Positions 33,801 through 44,790 of a stretch of 64,000 nucleotides of DNA are shown piece after piece. The stretch is from Camelus dromedarius. Lineage: Eukaryota. The notes under the pieces are model-generated. The model had not been told where the DNA came from. It was given only the letters and a program-made list of their open reading frames with translations, and made no database searches. The DNA lies in assembly GCF_036321535.1 (NCBI RefSeq), contig NC_087451.1:47306001-47370000 (forward strand), given 5' to 3'. Both the position numbers and the translations under genes were made by a program. Position 1 is the stretch's first letter; the number at the start of each line of letters is the position of its first letter.

Positions 33801-34056
33801 GCTGGAGAATAGGTTGTTTTTTCCTGCTACCTTCAGAGTTCCTCTTGCAGCCTCCTGCCCACACAGCCAGCTACTCAACAACATTCCTGACACAGCACTG
33901 CACAGGACAAAAGACTATGGCTTACCGTCCTGGGACTAAGAACATTGCTTCTTCCCCAGGGAAGTGGTAAAGAACTCTGCTGGTGAGCAGAAAAAGCCTA
34001 CAAGGAGCTCGCTATTTTCAGCGCAGACACCAAGGATGCCTCCTACTTGTACTTAC

Positions 34057-34098
34057 CTGCCGCGGGCTCATCCGTGTGTAGGTTACTCTTGGTGACAC
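34057..34098 (-). CDS. TP53I13: TP53I13 coding exon 3
   Basis: VSPRVTYTRMSPRQ; TAG/GTAAG. Confidence 0.93.
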
Positions 34099-34301
34099 CT
34101 ATACATGGGGGTAGAAGACAGCTTAGAGCCCCTGGGGAACTCAATGGGAGCGGAGAGAGACAGCAGGCCCACAGCATCACGTTGGGATGGAGGCGCTGGT
34201 GATTTGAGGACCGGAGGAACTGGCAGAGGTGCAGACGGTAGCTGGGCGGGACTGGGCTACCCCTGCACACCCCTCTCTCCCACCGCCCTCCAGGCCCCTA
34301 C

Positions 34302-34370
34302 CTGTGGGGGCAGAGGCCACAAGCCCTCGGGACAACGGGTTCCCGCCTCCTCTGCCGGCTCAGCCACCAC
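34302..34370 (-). CDS. TP53I13: TP53I13 coding exon 2
   Basis: [23 protein letters not shown]; CAG/GTAGG. Confidence 0.93.
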
Positions 34371-34561
34371 CTGTAGGCTCAAGGCGCACAAGAGCTGGGG
34401 CGTTCGGCCTTGGCGAGGGCCCGGCCCTCTCCCTCCCAGGCCCAGCCCGCTGGGGGAGAACTCCTAGTCCCATCTCCGCACGCTACTCCTTTCAGGACGA
34501 ACTTTCGGCAAAGCGCTTTGAGATCCCGGGCCGAAGGCTTCTCGGGAGCGGGTCGCCTTAC

Positions 34562-34633
34562 CTCACTGGGACCCAGGAGCCCCGCCAGCGCTGCCAGGAG
34601 CAGCAGCTGGGGCGGAGGCGGAGGAGGCGCCAT
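34562..34633 (-). CDS. TP53I13: TP53I13 coding exon 1 (signal peptide)
   Basis: MAPPPPPPQLLLLAALAGLLGPSE; GAG|GTAAG; total CDS 1179 nt = 392 aa. Confidence 0.95.
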
Positions 34634-34656
34634 CCCGGCCCGCCCCAGCCCAGCCC

Positions 34657-34684
34657 GCAGCCCGCAGCCCGCAGCCCGCAGCCC
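34657..34684. repeat. (GCAGCCC)4 heptamer repeat upstream of the TP53I13 ATG
   Basis: Four perfect copies plus degenerate CAGCCC units. Confidence 0.9.
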
Positions 34685-35949
34685 TGCGAGCGAGGGAGCG
34701 CGCGCCGCCTCGCCCTGCCCCCGCGCCCTCGCGCCGCCCGCGTGCCCACGTAGGCCCGGGCTCGCGCGCGCGCCGTCCCACCCCCGCCTCAGACCGCGCG
34801 CTCCGAATCCCCAGGCTCGCGCGCCCCTCGCCTCGCCCCGCCCCGCAGCTCAGGGTCGCTCCCGCCGCGTCCCCGCCCCGCCCCAGTGCCCGCCCACAGC
34901 CCCAGATTCTGCGCGCACGCGTCCTCAACCCCGAGCCGGAAAGTTGTGTGAGAGCCGGTGTCCTGCGCACTGCGTTGGGAGGCAGGCGGGACCACCTCCT
35001 TCGCCCTGGCACTGGTCCCAGCGGGTCTCCACGGCCTGCAGGGCGCAGCTGCAGCGCATGGGTGGGATCGTGGAGCCGGGAGAAGGGAGGGAAATGAGAT
35101 CCCTGTGAACCGTATGGCCCAGGACGGAAGTTGGGTCCGCGCCTTCGGCAAACCTGCTTCAGACTCATCGATGTGACCTGCAAATTGAAGAGGGGCAGAA
35201 TCACGAAGTCCGAGCTGTGGAAAGAAGAAGGTCCCCGCTCTAAAGGGTCCCCTTCAGCTCATCCCACTCCTGCCCTCGCAAATAGCGCCCGAACCTGGAG
35301 GAGCCTTGGAAGGTCTCATCAGGCTTCCACCCTCCCCAGGCCCAGAAGTCCCGGGAAACTGGAACCGGGCTGGGGGCTGCTTTGCTCCCCACGTCAGCCT
35401 CCGCTCTCGTGGTTGGCTCAGCGGTGGTCAGCGGGGTCCCAGGAGACCTTGGTCACCTTGAGGTAGAGGAAGCACAGGCCTCAGCCCCAGCAGAGAGCGA
35501 AAGCCGGACGTCCCCTGAAGCGAGGCGCCTACTCTCCTGCCTTCTCCCCGCTGCCCTTCTTTTTGGCCCAGCTCAGAATTTTGAGGAAAGATGGGAAACA
35601 AGTGGAGGGTGAAGATTGAGATGCATAACCCAAAACTTTGAAATAGAGCAAAAACGTCTCCCACGTGATTTACATGGGGGGATTTATCCTTCTCTCGTTC
35701 CCCAGTAATTGCCAGTTATTGAATTGATGGGCTGTGATTTATTCCCTGACATGGCCAGGTCGCCCCTGGAAGGGCACCTGAGTACTTCTTTTCCTCCACC
35801 TTATCGTCGGAGGTTTGGGGCTGTTTCTTTTAGGGAAGTGCTTCCTGGGGAGCGGTGTTGATTTCCTCTACCTGAAGCCAGGTTCCAGGGGAGTCCCACA
35901 CTCCCAGGGGGATCGGGACAGCGTACTGATGCAGGAAAGGGAATGAGTA

Positions 35950-37620
35950 TTCCTTGGCTCTCTAGCCTCCCGCTGCAAACCCGCCGTCGGGGCACGACGC
36001 CTGTGCTGGCTCTCGCTGGCCGAGCCAGACCCCCGCCTGACCAGGTTATTGGGCAGTTGGGGATGCCCGCGGAGCCAAGACAAACATGGAGGTCAGAGAG
36101 CACAGCCGAGTTCGGGGACGGAGACGCGGTTGGTGGCTCCAGCTGCAGTTGCAAGGCGCCCGGCGGAAGCCCGGGAGCCCACGCCGGGAGCTGCGGTTTA
36201 TTCACGTCTTCCTTTTGCTACTTCTCTATAGCGGCTCCTGAGGGCTCAGCGACGCAGGGTCTCCCCGGCAGCTACACACCCTACACACCCCACGGGGTGG
36301 AGGGACGGGGACAGAGGACTCTGAGACTCATCGTCGTCCCCCAAGCCTCAGTCTCCGAGTCTCCCCCACTTCTCTGCTGCCCACACCCCACTCCTCGGCT
36401 CGCTGCCCTCCCCACTCCCTTCCCGCTCGCCAGCGCATCCTCGCTCCCTCTCCGTGGCCTCGGCTCCTTTCACCTTCTGCTCCCGCTTGTCGCAATCGCT
36501 GTACAAAGGGCCGGGGGCGGGAATGGGGGGCGGGTGAGGGGAGCCGGGTCCGAACTGGCTGCCTCTGCGGGGCCGCGGCCAATCCGGAGCGCGCCCCCCC
36601 GCCCCGCCCCCCAGCGCGGAAAGGCCCTGGGCAGCCGCCGGGGCCGGGCGGAGCTGCGGACAGAGCCGGGAGCTCGCGGAGGGTACGTCCCCGCACTGCC
36701 GCCCACCGCTCGCCGGGGACTCTCCCGCCTCGCGATGCCGCCGTGGGGCGCCGCCCTCGTCCTGTTGGCCGCTCTCGCTCTGCTTGGCCTTCTCGCCCCG
36801 TGGCTGCGGCGCCCCGGGAGGCTCGCCGTCGGAGCGAGGACCTTGCCGGGGGCCGGGGGCCAGGGCCACAAAGAGGAGGTGTATGGCCGAAGCCCCGCAG
36901 ATCAGTTAAGCGACGGGCGTGAGCCGCTTCCGGGAGGATGCAGGCTTATCTGTAAGCCGTCGGCGCTGGCCCAGTGCCTGTTGCGCGCCTTTCGACGCTC
37001 GGCGGCGCTGGAACCCGGCCCGCGGTCCTGGCTCTCCGGACCCCACTTGCAGACCCTCTGTCACTTCGTGCTGCCAGTGGGGCCGGGGCCTGAGCTGGCC
37101 CGGGAGTACCTGCAGTTGGCGGACGACGGGCTGGTGGCCCTGGACTGGGTCGTGGGACCTTGTGCCCGGAGCCATCGGTTCACCAACGCCGGGGGCCTCC
37201 CGGCAGTGCTGCTGGTGATCCCCAATGCGTGGGGACGGCTCACCCGCAACGTCCTCGGCTTCTGCCTGCTGGCCCTGGAGCGCGGCTACTACCCGGTCAT
37301 CTTCCACCGTCGAGGCCACCACGACTGCCCGCTGGTCAGCCCCCGGCTGCAGCCTTTCGGGGACCCGTCCGACCTCAAGGAGGCCATCACTTACATCCGC
37401 TTCCGACACCCCGCGGCTCCGCTGTTCGCGGTGAGCGAAGGCTCAGGCTCGGCGCTGCTGCTGTCTTACCTGGGTGAGTGTGGCTCCTCCAGCTACGTGA
37501 CCGGCGCCGCCTGCATCTCGCCGGTGCTACGATGCCGCGAGTGGTTTGAGGCCGGACTGCCCTGGCCCTACGAGCGGGGCTTTCTGCTCCACCAGAAGAT
37601 CGCCCTCAGCAGGTGGGTAA
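35950..37620. promoter_or_regulatory. CpG island / ABHD15 promoter and exon 1
   Basis: CpG-dense; CCAAT at 36579-36583 followed by CCCCGCCCC GC boxes about 140 nt upstream of the ATG. Confidence 0.85.
36735..37612 (+). CDS. ABHD15: ABHD15 coding exon 1 (alpha/beta hydrolase domain-containing 15)
   Basis: MPPWGAALVLLAALALLGLL...GPHLQTL...DDGLVALDW...HQKIALS; AG|GTGGG donor. Confidence 0.96.
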
Positions 37621-38329
37621 CGGAAGCTGCAGACTGGCAGGGAGGGGATTAGAGGTTTGGGGCTCACGGAGAAACAGCTCTGCCTGGTACTGAATCAAAC
37701 AGGTTTAGAGCAATTGGGGCAAAGTTCTCACACGTTTTTCTGAAGCGTCCAAGCCCTCTAGTCTGGACAGAATCAAGGAAGTAGATTTGAAAGCCACAGA
37801 CGACTCAGTCAGCTTCATTAACTAAAGCAGGGACTCCTGCCCTGGGGCCCTCTGGCCTCACCTCAGCCCCACTGTATCCTAGCAACCTGAGCACTTGACC
37901 CACCAGAAGCAAAGGCAGCACCTGACATGTACATCACTTAGTCCATAGCTTGTGAAATCAGCAAAGAGGGCTCTGGAAGCAGTTGCTTACTGATGATCTG
38001 TCCAGAATATTTCCTTATGGTCTCTGAGCTTGGAGGTGACAGAAATAAAAAATTTGGTGGTATTTGTTAAAATTCTTTAGATCTGACAAATGCTTTGCAT
38101 ATTCCTAGGTATGTACTCAATATTTAATACAAAAACTTAAAGAATACTTAAATATAATTTTTAAAATTTTCTTAGAAGGTAGTAACCTACCGTCAGGGTG
38201 AAAGGGGAGACTTTTCCACTGAGAAGACCTAAGTGACACTCCCACAGCAAATAACCAGGCCTCAGCTTACACCGTTGTTCTCCTAGGAGATGGCAGAATG
38301 AGGTCAAAGACGTAATAGCAACAGTGTGG

Positions 38330-38620
38330 TGTGGCAGAAAGACCTGGGATGTGGGGTCAGACCCACTTGGGTTCAAATCCTGAATTTCCAGCAACTTAGT
38401 TAGCCCCTTTGAGCCTCACATCCTTCTCCAGTTCAGTGGAGTTAATAATACAAGATGGTTATAAGCGTAATAGGAGTTAAAGAAAGTGAGGGGCCTGGCA
38501 TTAGCCTGGCAGCAATACATGGTAGCAACTGTGATTTTCTTTCCTTGCCCCATTTTGCCTCTTGTTCTGAAAAGGTCAGCCCTGAACTCAACAACAGACC
38601 ATGTGCTTCCATGGCAACCC
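38330..38620. mobile_element. MIR fragments (both orientations)
   Basis: ttgggttcaaatcctg..caacttagttag..tttgagcctc (+), followed by antisense MIR-like text; approximate. Confidence 0.55.
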
Positions 38621-39617
38621 AGAGCTGCCAGAACAGTCCAGGGGCAAGATGCTCTCACATGGCTTAATTGCCAATTTCCATCCCCAAATGACCACCATCA
38701 CTGTTGACCCTGGGTACCAGCTGGAGGATCAGGTGAGGGAAGTGGAAAGGAAACCTGGGCCTTTAGGAACTGCCCTGCCTATGAAAATTTGGGATTGTCA
38801 ACTTGGGGCAAATCTTTTTGAATGTTTGCAGAAGGCATCTATCCAAATTCAGCTGGCTAAGTCTGGATTAATCCAAACAAAGTTCTGAGCTGCCCATCCT
38901 GGCCTCCTTGTCAATGTTCCAGGACCTCTCCATGGAGGTGGAAACGGCAATAATGTCCCTCTTTTCCAGAGCAGTTGCTCTCAGGTTCCTATTTGGAAAC
39001 TCACCCTGTAAATTAAGTACACTCCCAGTCACTTCCTCTGCCACTCAGCCCTCTCTAGGAATACCTGCCCCGCTGATCAAGGTCACACTCCTTTGTTATC
39101 ATCTGGACAGCATATTAACTTTCAAAGAACAAACTAACTACTACAACTTAAAGTAAAATGTCACTTTGCTGGCTTGAGTCAGTGAGTTCTTCTAAGAGGG
39201 GTTCAGGAGGTAACAGTTCATTGCAAGTTCCCTATAGAGGTTCAGAAGTTGGAGTCAAAAGGAGAGCTGTCACTGTAGCTCAGCACCTGGAAAGTCAAAT
39301 GCCCCAGGGCTGGACAGGTAATGCCATGAATGACAGGCCTGGTAGGAACTGTAACACAGGAAGGAGGGAGGAAATACCTTGATTGTTACCATGAGGAATG
39401 TTAGCCCATTTCACCAGATCTCCTTATTTCCCCCGAGAAGCCAGATAGCTGCATTTAACTGATGACAATGAAATGGAAGTTTTAAAATAGACTGTATGGC
39501 CAAAGAAAGCCTCTGACTCTGGCCTGTGGGTTGCCACTCTGTGACTTCTGCTGTCAGTTGTTTTCCCTAATTCTTCCCTCTCTTTCCTACCTTCTCCATT
39601 CAACTTATTGCTGCCAG

Positions 39618-40143
39618 GTATGCCACCGCCCTGGAGGACACAGTGGACATCGGAAAACTGTTCAGGAGCCGTTCCCTGCGAGAGTTTGAGGAGACCCTCT
39701 TCTGCCACACCAAGAGCTTCCCCATCAGCTGGGACACCTATTGGGACCACAACGACCCCCTCCGGGATGTGGACGAGGCAGCTGTACCTGTGCTGTGTAT
39801 CTGTAGTGCTGATGATCCCGTGTGCGGGCCCCCAAACCACTTTCTGCCAACTGAACTCTTTCACAGCAACCCCTATTTCTTCCTCCTGCTCAGCCGCCAT
39901 GGAGGCCACTGTGGCTTCCTGCGCCAAGAGCCCTTGCCAGCCTGGAGCCACGAGGTCATCTTGGAGTACTTCCGGGCCTTGACTGAGTTCTTCCGAATGG
40001 AAGAGAAGATGAAAGGGCTGAGCAGGCGTCGAGCTTCTTGCCTAGGGGGCCGGCGCCGCTGGGGAACCCTGCCAAAGTGGGAGGTCTCTCCCTCTTCCTA
40101 TCTGGAGGAGATCTTTAGCTGGAAGAGATCATATACAAGGTGA
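39618..40143 (+). CDS. ABHD15: ABHD15 coding exon 2 (last)
   Basis: (R)YATALEDTVDIGKLFRSRSLREFEE...SADDPVCG...HGGHCGF...WKRSYTR*; total 1404 nt = 467 aa. Confidence 0.96.
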
Positions 40144-41395
40144 GACATAACCCGAGAACTATCCCCAAGCCCTGCAAGGAAGAACAGAGCTGGTCATGGC
40201 TAAATCCTGAGAAGGTGGTGAGGACTGAACGTGGCAGGCAGCTCCAGCTGACTCAGCTCCTTCACTCTTAAACTGGTCTGTGGAAAGAGATGGAACTTCC
40301 AGCAAGCTGGTGTTCACTTTCCCCTGAGCAGAACTCCTGCCTGGGCCCTGTCCTATACATTTCAGCTCATCGTGGTTCAGCAACTGCCCGTTTCCGGTCA
40401 CTGTTTCCTGTCACCAGCCTCATAAGTCAAAGAATAGCACCATTTAAGTCCCTGGACTCAGGAGAAGATGCTCACTCACTAGCAAAGACTACAGAGAAGA
40501 TGAAGATGAGTTTTTGTGAGCCATTGGGCAGGTCTGTCCCACATAAGTAATCAGCTCTATGACCCTGGTTCTCAAGCTGGAGCCACTTGATGTAGTGGGG
40601 ACAGGATGTTTGTGTCTTGGTCCCACTTCCCTCTTTTTCTTCCTGCTGTTGTGGTGCTCTGCTGACTTCATGTGGCGGCAACTATGGAAGCAGCTCACAG
40701 AGCTGTGTGGCTGCATCAGTCTTGCTTGACTATGAGAAAGGCCCAGAGACAGTAAGTGCTGTGCTGAGACTGGGTTGGTGAGGGTGACAAGGTTGAGAGT
40801 GTGAATGCCTGTGTCTGGAATACTAAGGTCCAGTGTTTTGGACAAGTTCTGCAAGTCCTCATTGGGAGTGGGGCTGATCTGGGGCTTTAGCCTAGAACCT
40901 CAAGACTCACTGGAGAGATTCCAAGGATGACTTATTAATAGGAAGTCCTTGCAAGCAGAGTCTGCTTGACTATGGCTCAAGGAGCCAGACTCTCAGACAC
41001 TCTAGCTGCTCCCTCCAGGAACATTTTAGGGAATTACTCCAAAGAATTCTAGTAAGAGTTGTTTTTTCCCTGGGATGTGGGCTTTCTCTAAGTGGTAAAA
41101 ATATAAACCTCATATCTTAAGTGTTTTTTGGTTCATTGCCCTCGTTTCTGACACTACTTTAGCTTTTCCCTCTCCAGAGCCTGGAGGGACATCTGGGACC
41201 AGAGAAAAACAAACAAAATTTCCAGGAGATTGGCTAGAGCTGCCTCAATGATTTACTGATATTTCACAATACCATGCTTTTTCTGCTCAATTATTCAAAA
41301 GGACATCCATGTAGATACAGAAAAAGCTTCCTCCTGGATCTGGCCACTCAGTGACTTGGCTCTTTGGTTTTATGAGGACTAATGCTGAAGGTCAG

Positions 41396-41401
41396 AATAA
41401 A
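41396..41401 (+). terminator. Candidate ABHD15 polyadenylation signal AATAAA
   Basis: Canonical hexamer about 1.25 kb past the stop; a second ATTAAA at 41451-41456; actual site unverified. Confidence 0.4.
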
Positions 41402-41819
41402 ATAAGGCATTGTACAGACAGATCCACAAAACATGGATTTGGATTAGGCCATTAAACAATACAATAGGACATCCAGTTACCAAAAAAAAAAAAAAGCTTT
41501 GCCAGCAGCTTTATTTTAATTTGTCATCAAGAAAGAGGGTAACTGTTTTGACAGGAAGCTCCATCCTGGCAATTTTAAGGAGGAAAGATGTTTACCAAAA
41601 GCCATATCCCAAGGCTTGGTATGAAATTCCCGGGGCCATGATTTCAGGTTTGTATAATCTTAGCTCATCCTTGTTCTTCTAGATCAAATAAGAAGAAACT
41701 TTGAACTATACAAGAATCTGAACTGAAATGCAGACAACACTCAATTGTCTAAGGCACATTATTCTGTCATGAAAAAATTACTTCCATCCTTCCCCACTTC
41801 TTGTTTCTCCTCCTCCACA

Positions 41820-42000
41820 TTTTTTAAAAAATTGAAGTACAGTTAATTACAATGTGTCAGTCTCCGGTGTACAGCACAATGTCCCATTCATGCACATACA
41901 TACATGCATTCATTTTCATATTTTTTTCCATTAGAGGTTATTACAAGCTATTGAACCTAGTTCCCTGTGCTATACAAAAGAAACTCACATTTTTCATCTA
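41820..42000 (-). mobile_element. 5'-truncated L1 3' end
   Basis: aattgaagtacagtt..tacaatgtgt..ggtgtacagca..ggttattacaag.tattgaa..tagttccctgtgctataca. Confidence 0.8.
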
Positions 42001-44589
42001 AAATTCTTTCAACCATTTGTAAGCAGGAGAAATAACAAGGGAGTGAACCCTAAAGAAGCCGTTCTACTTCTGGTTAACAGCTGTGGTATGAGGCTTGGTG
42101 AAGAAGAATTACTGACATCTGGCCACCCCTCTCCCCTAGCATCTGGTACAGTGGAGATTTCAGTTAATTAGGTCCTGCAGTCCCATATGCAAGATCCTAC
42201 AATCATTCAGACCTCATGGCAAAATGGGAAGCAGTCTAGTGTTTTTTTTTAACACCCCATCCCCCACCCTTCCCAGGGTTAAGGGGCCCCTAAGGGCTAA
42301 AATCTAGATTGTTTCTCTAGGCCAGATACCTCAGACTCTGGTTCTTTAAGATAATAGTTTTTGGAGAAATTGTGGTTCCTTTTTTATAGGAAAGAAAGCT
42401 TGTGGCGGTGAGGTAGGGGAAAATACATATATTATTTTATACATACATCAGTTGTTGGTTATTTTTTCGCCTATAGTCTTAAAGCTCTCAGAACAGCAGA
42501 ATAGCCCTAATCCGGGCTCCATTGATTCCCTTGGATCCACAGCCTTAATGACCTAACCCTTAAGTAGTTGTCTTCCATGCCCCTTGTGCCTGTGCCAGAT
42601 ATACTCAGCTGATCTCAGGAAGCTCCTTCTCTCTCATCTTTTCATCACCATTTAATGAAAGCTCATTTTTGCCAAGAAAGTGTAGTCCCTGTCCAAGCAG
42701 GTTTGGGTGACCCTGTCTTTCAGTCTACCGATGAAGGAATCACCCAAATTGGCTCTGCTTTGGTTAACAGCTAATTATATGAAACCAGCTGGAGGAACCC
42801 CAGGCACACATTCTGAGAGATTGCATGGCCCTTGAACAAACTGACAAGTTACAAGTTTGAGGAAGCAAGAAATAAACAACAAACAAAAACCAAAGAAATA
42901 CCACTGAGTTGGGAACTTTCCAGGTAGTGAATCTTTACGATCCTCTCAGGCCTCATTCACTTGCTTGCCTCCCTTTTGATCTCTTCATTATTTATAAATA
43001 CCTTCAAATGGTAAAAGGAAAAACAAAGACAAAAACAGAAACAACCCAATGACAATAAAGGTAGCATTATCTCAGAAGGAGAAACTGAGTTCTGTGTCTC
43101 CACCCACTGGATCAGAATACAGGAAGCAGACAGTTGCTTCTGAAGGTTTCTTTGAGTTTTACTAAGCTCTCACCTCTGATACCAAAGCCTGTGCTAAGCT
43201 ATAACTTAATTCTCTCAAAGATTTAGTATTTTATGTATTTATAGATGGGTCTCTAAGGTGGCTTGGCCAGAGATGACAATATGAAAAACATGGCATCAAA
43301 TCCTCATTTTGAGAAGACATCATCTCTATTTTCAGTGAAGATATCTTTGCTAAGACTTGAGTACTGTTAGAAAAGAGGTCTACACAGGAAGTGTCTTCTT
43401 GGCTTTATAAATAACCTCAAAACCACGTCAGAGTCAGAAGGTCCTCTGTGCTCATCTTCCACCCAGACTGCAAGATCCTTTGTCAGTCACTCTTAGTAAT
43501 GTCAAGGTTTCTTCCTTTAGAACTAAACTTTAGTATAAATTTCCCTCCCTGTTTAAACAAGCAGATACACTTGGCCACTTTGGCAGAACGTGCCAAATGA
43601 TATCAGTGAGCATTTGTGACTCTACAGCCAAGCCACAAAGGATGACATCAGAAAGTTCTCACGAGTTATCTCAGTTTGCAGAGCTAAAATTGAGGAGTTT
43701 TACCTAGGGAGTGCCCAGAGATGGAAGGAATGCCTCAGGAAGCAGGAAGTCTCACATCATTGGAGGGATATGCAGGCTAGACTGCCACTTGGCACACATC
43801 ATGGAGGGGATGTGCTGAGAAATAAAGGTGGTCTAGATTAGATATAAGGTCTCTTTTCATCCGAGAGTGGGTAAACTGAAATAACACTAATGAGCTCAGT
43901 GGGTTGTAAAGACTTCAGTTGGTTTAGGGGCTTGAGGATCAGATCACAGACCTGATCCAAATTCTGGGAGTTGGGACATGACATAAAAATTTTAATGAAA
44001 ATAACTGTGCCAAAGTGATAGGGTTTTAAGACATCCAATAATTATGCTCTAAAGTATCCAGGAAGACAAAAGTTTGAAGGAAAAGTGGAGTGTCATTAAA
44101 ACAATAAAAGATACTAACACATCAAAAACAAATGTATCCAGCTCCTCCAGCCTTCCTGTGTATGTAACAAGGTAATACCTTGCTCTGGTGTCTATCGCAG
44201 TGTGGTTGAACAAAAATTTCTCTCCAACTTGTTTGCCTCTGAATAATAAATTGCAGTCTCCCTGCAACAATGGAATGTCATTATTTTTTTTTAAATCTCC
44301 AGAAACAAATGAGCTGTTTGTCTTCTTAAGTCCTCTGTCTACTGAGCCATGCTTACCTACCTGTGAAGTTAACAGGGCCTCACTGCACATTCTTTATTTG
44401 CTGGTCGTTGCTTCACTTCTATACATCTAACCTTGTGTGCTCTAACACTAACCAGTGGCAGCTCTGTTTAATCAACAACCAGGCCTCCTGCTCTAGACTA
44501 ATAATTTCCCAAAGGCTCAAAATTCCCTGATGATCAATGGTACCTACATAGAGATATTTTCCAGTGGGCAATTAGTAATTTGTGTGTTG

Positions 44590-44790
44590 GACAGAGTACT
44601 GAAGTAGTTTGGAGAAGTGGGTTCTAGTTTCTACTTCAGATCTGTGACTCCTATGACTTTGGGGAAGTTATTTTATGAGTTGTTCCATATGAAAAGACTG
44701 AGACTATAAATAGGCCTTAATTTAGGTCTGTCAGGATAGAGTGAAATAATAAAAGCAGGTGGATCCTAACTATTCAAGTCCATTTAACTC
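44590..44790 (+). mobile_element. MIR
   Basis: gggttctagtttctacttc..ctatgactttggggaagttatt.. Confidence 0.5.

Larger units (their letters stand above)
34250..35200. promoter_or_regulatory. CpG island / TP53I13 promoter
   Basis: CpG-dense, GC boxes, GCGC tracts, ETS-like ACGGAAGT at 35124-35131. Confidence 0.85.

Noticed and set aside
33000-36000. p53 response element expected for TP53I13
   Set aside because: By eye I found no paired RRRCWWGYYY half-sites, only isolated imperfect halves; a PWM scan is needed
35943-36734. 264-codon in-frame open extension upstream of the ABHD15 ATG (569-aa ORF in the track)
   Set aside because: Stop-poor CpG-island sequence with low-complexity translation; CCAAT and GC boxes at 36579-36611 put the likely TSS downstream of most of it; it would bury the N-terminal hydrophobic segment
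39612-39623. ABHD15 exon 2 acceptor doubling as a donor (CAG|GTATGC), recursive-splice-like
   Set aside because: Intron is only 2 kb and the sequence is explained by the Arg-Tyr-Ala codons
43579-43597. TTTGGCA-N5-TGCCAAA inverted repeat resembling an NFI site
   Set aside because: TTGGC-to-GCCAA spacing is 7, not the required 5; a 7-bp stem is expected by chance
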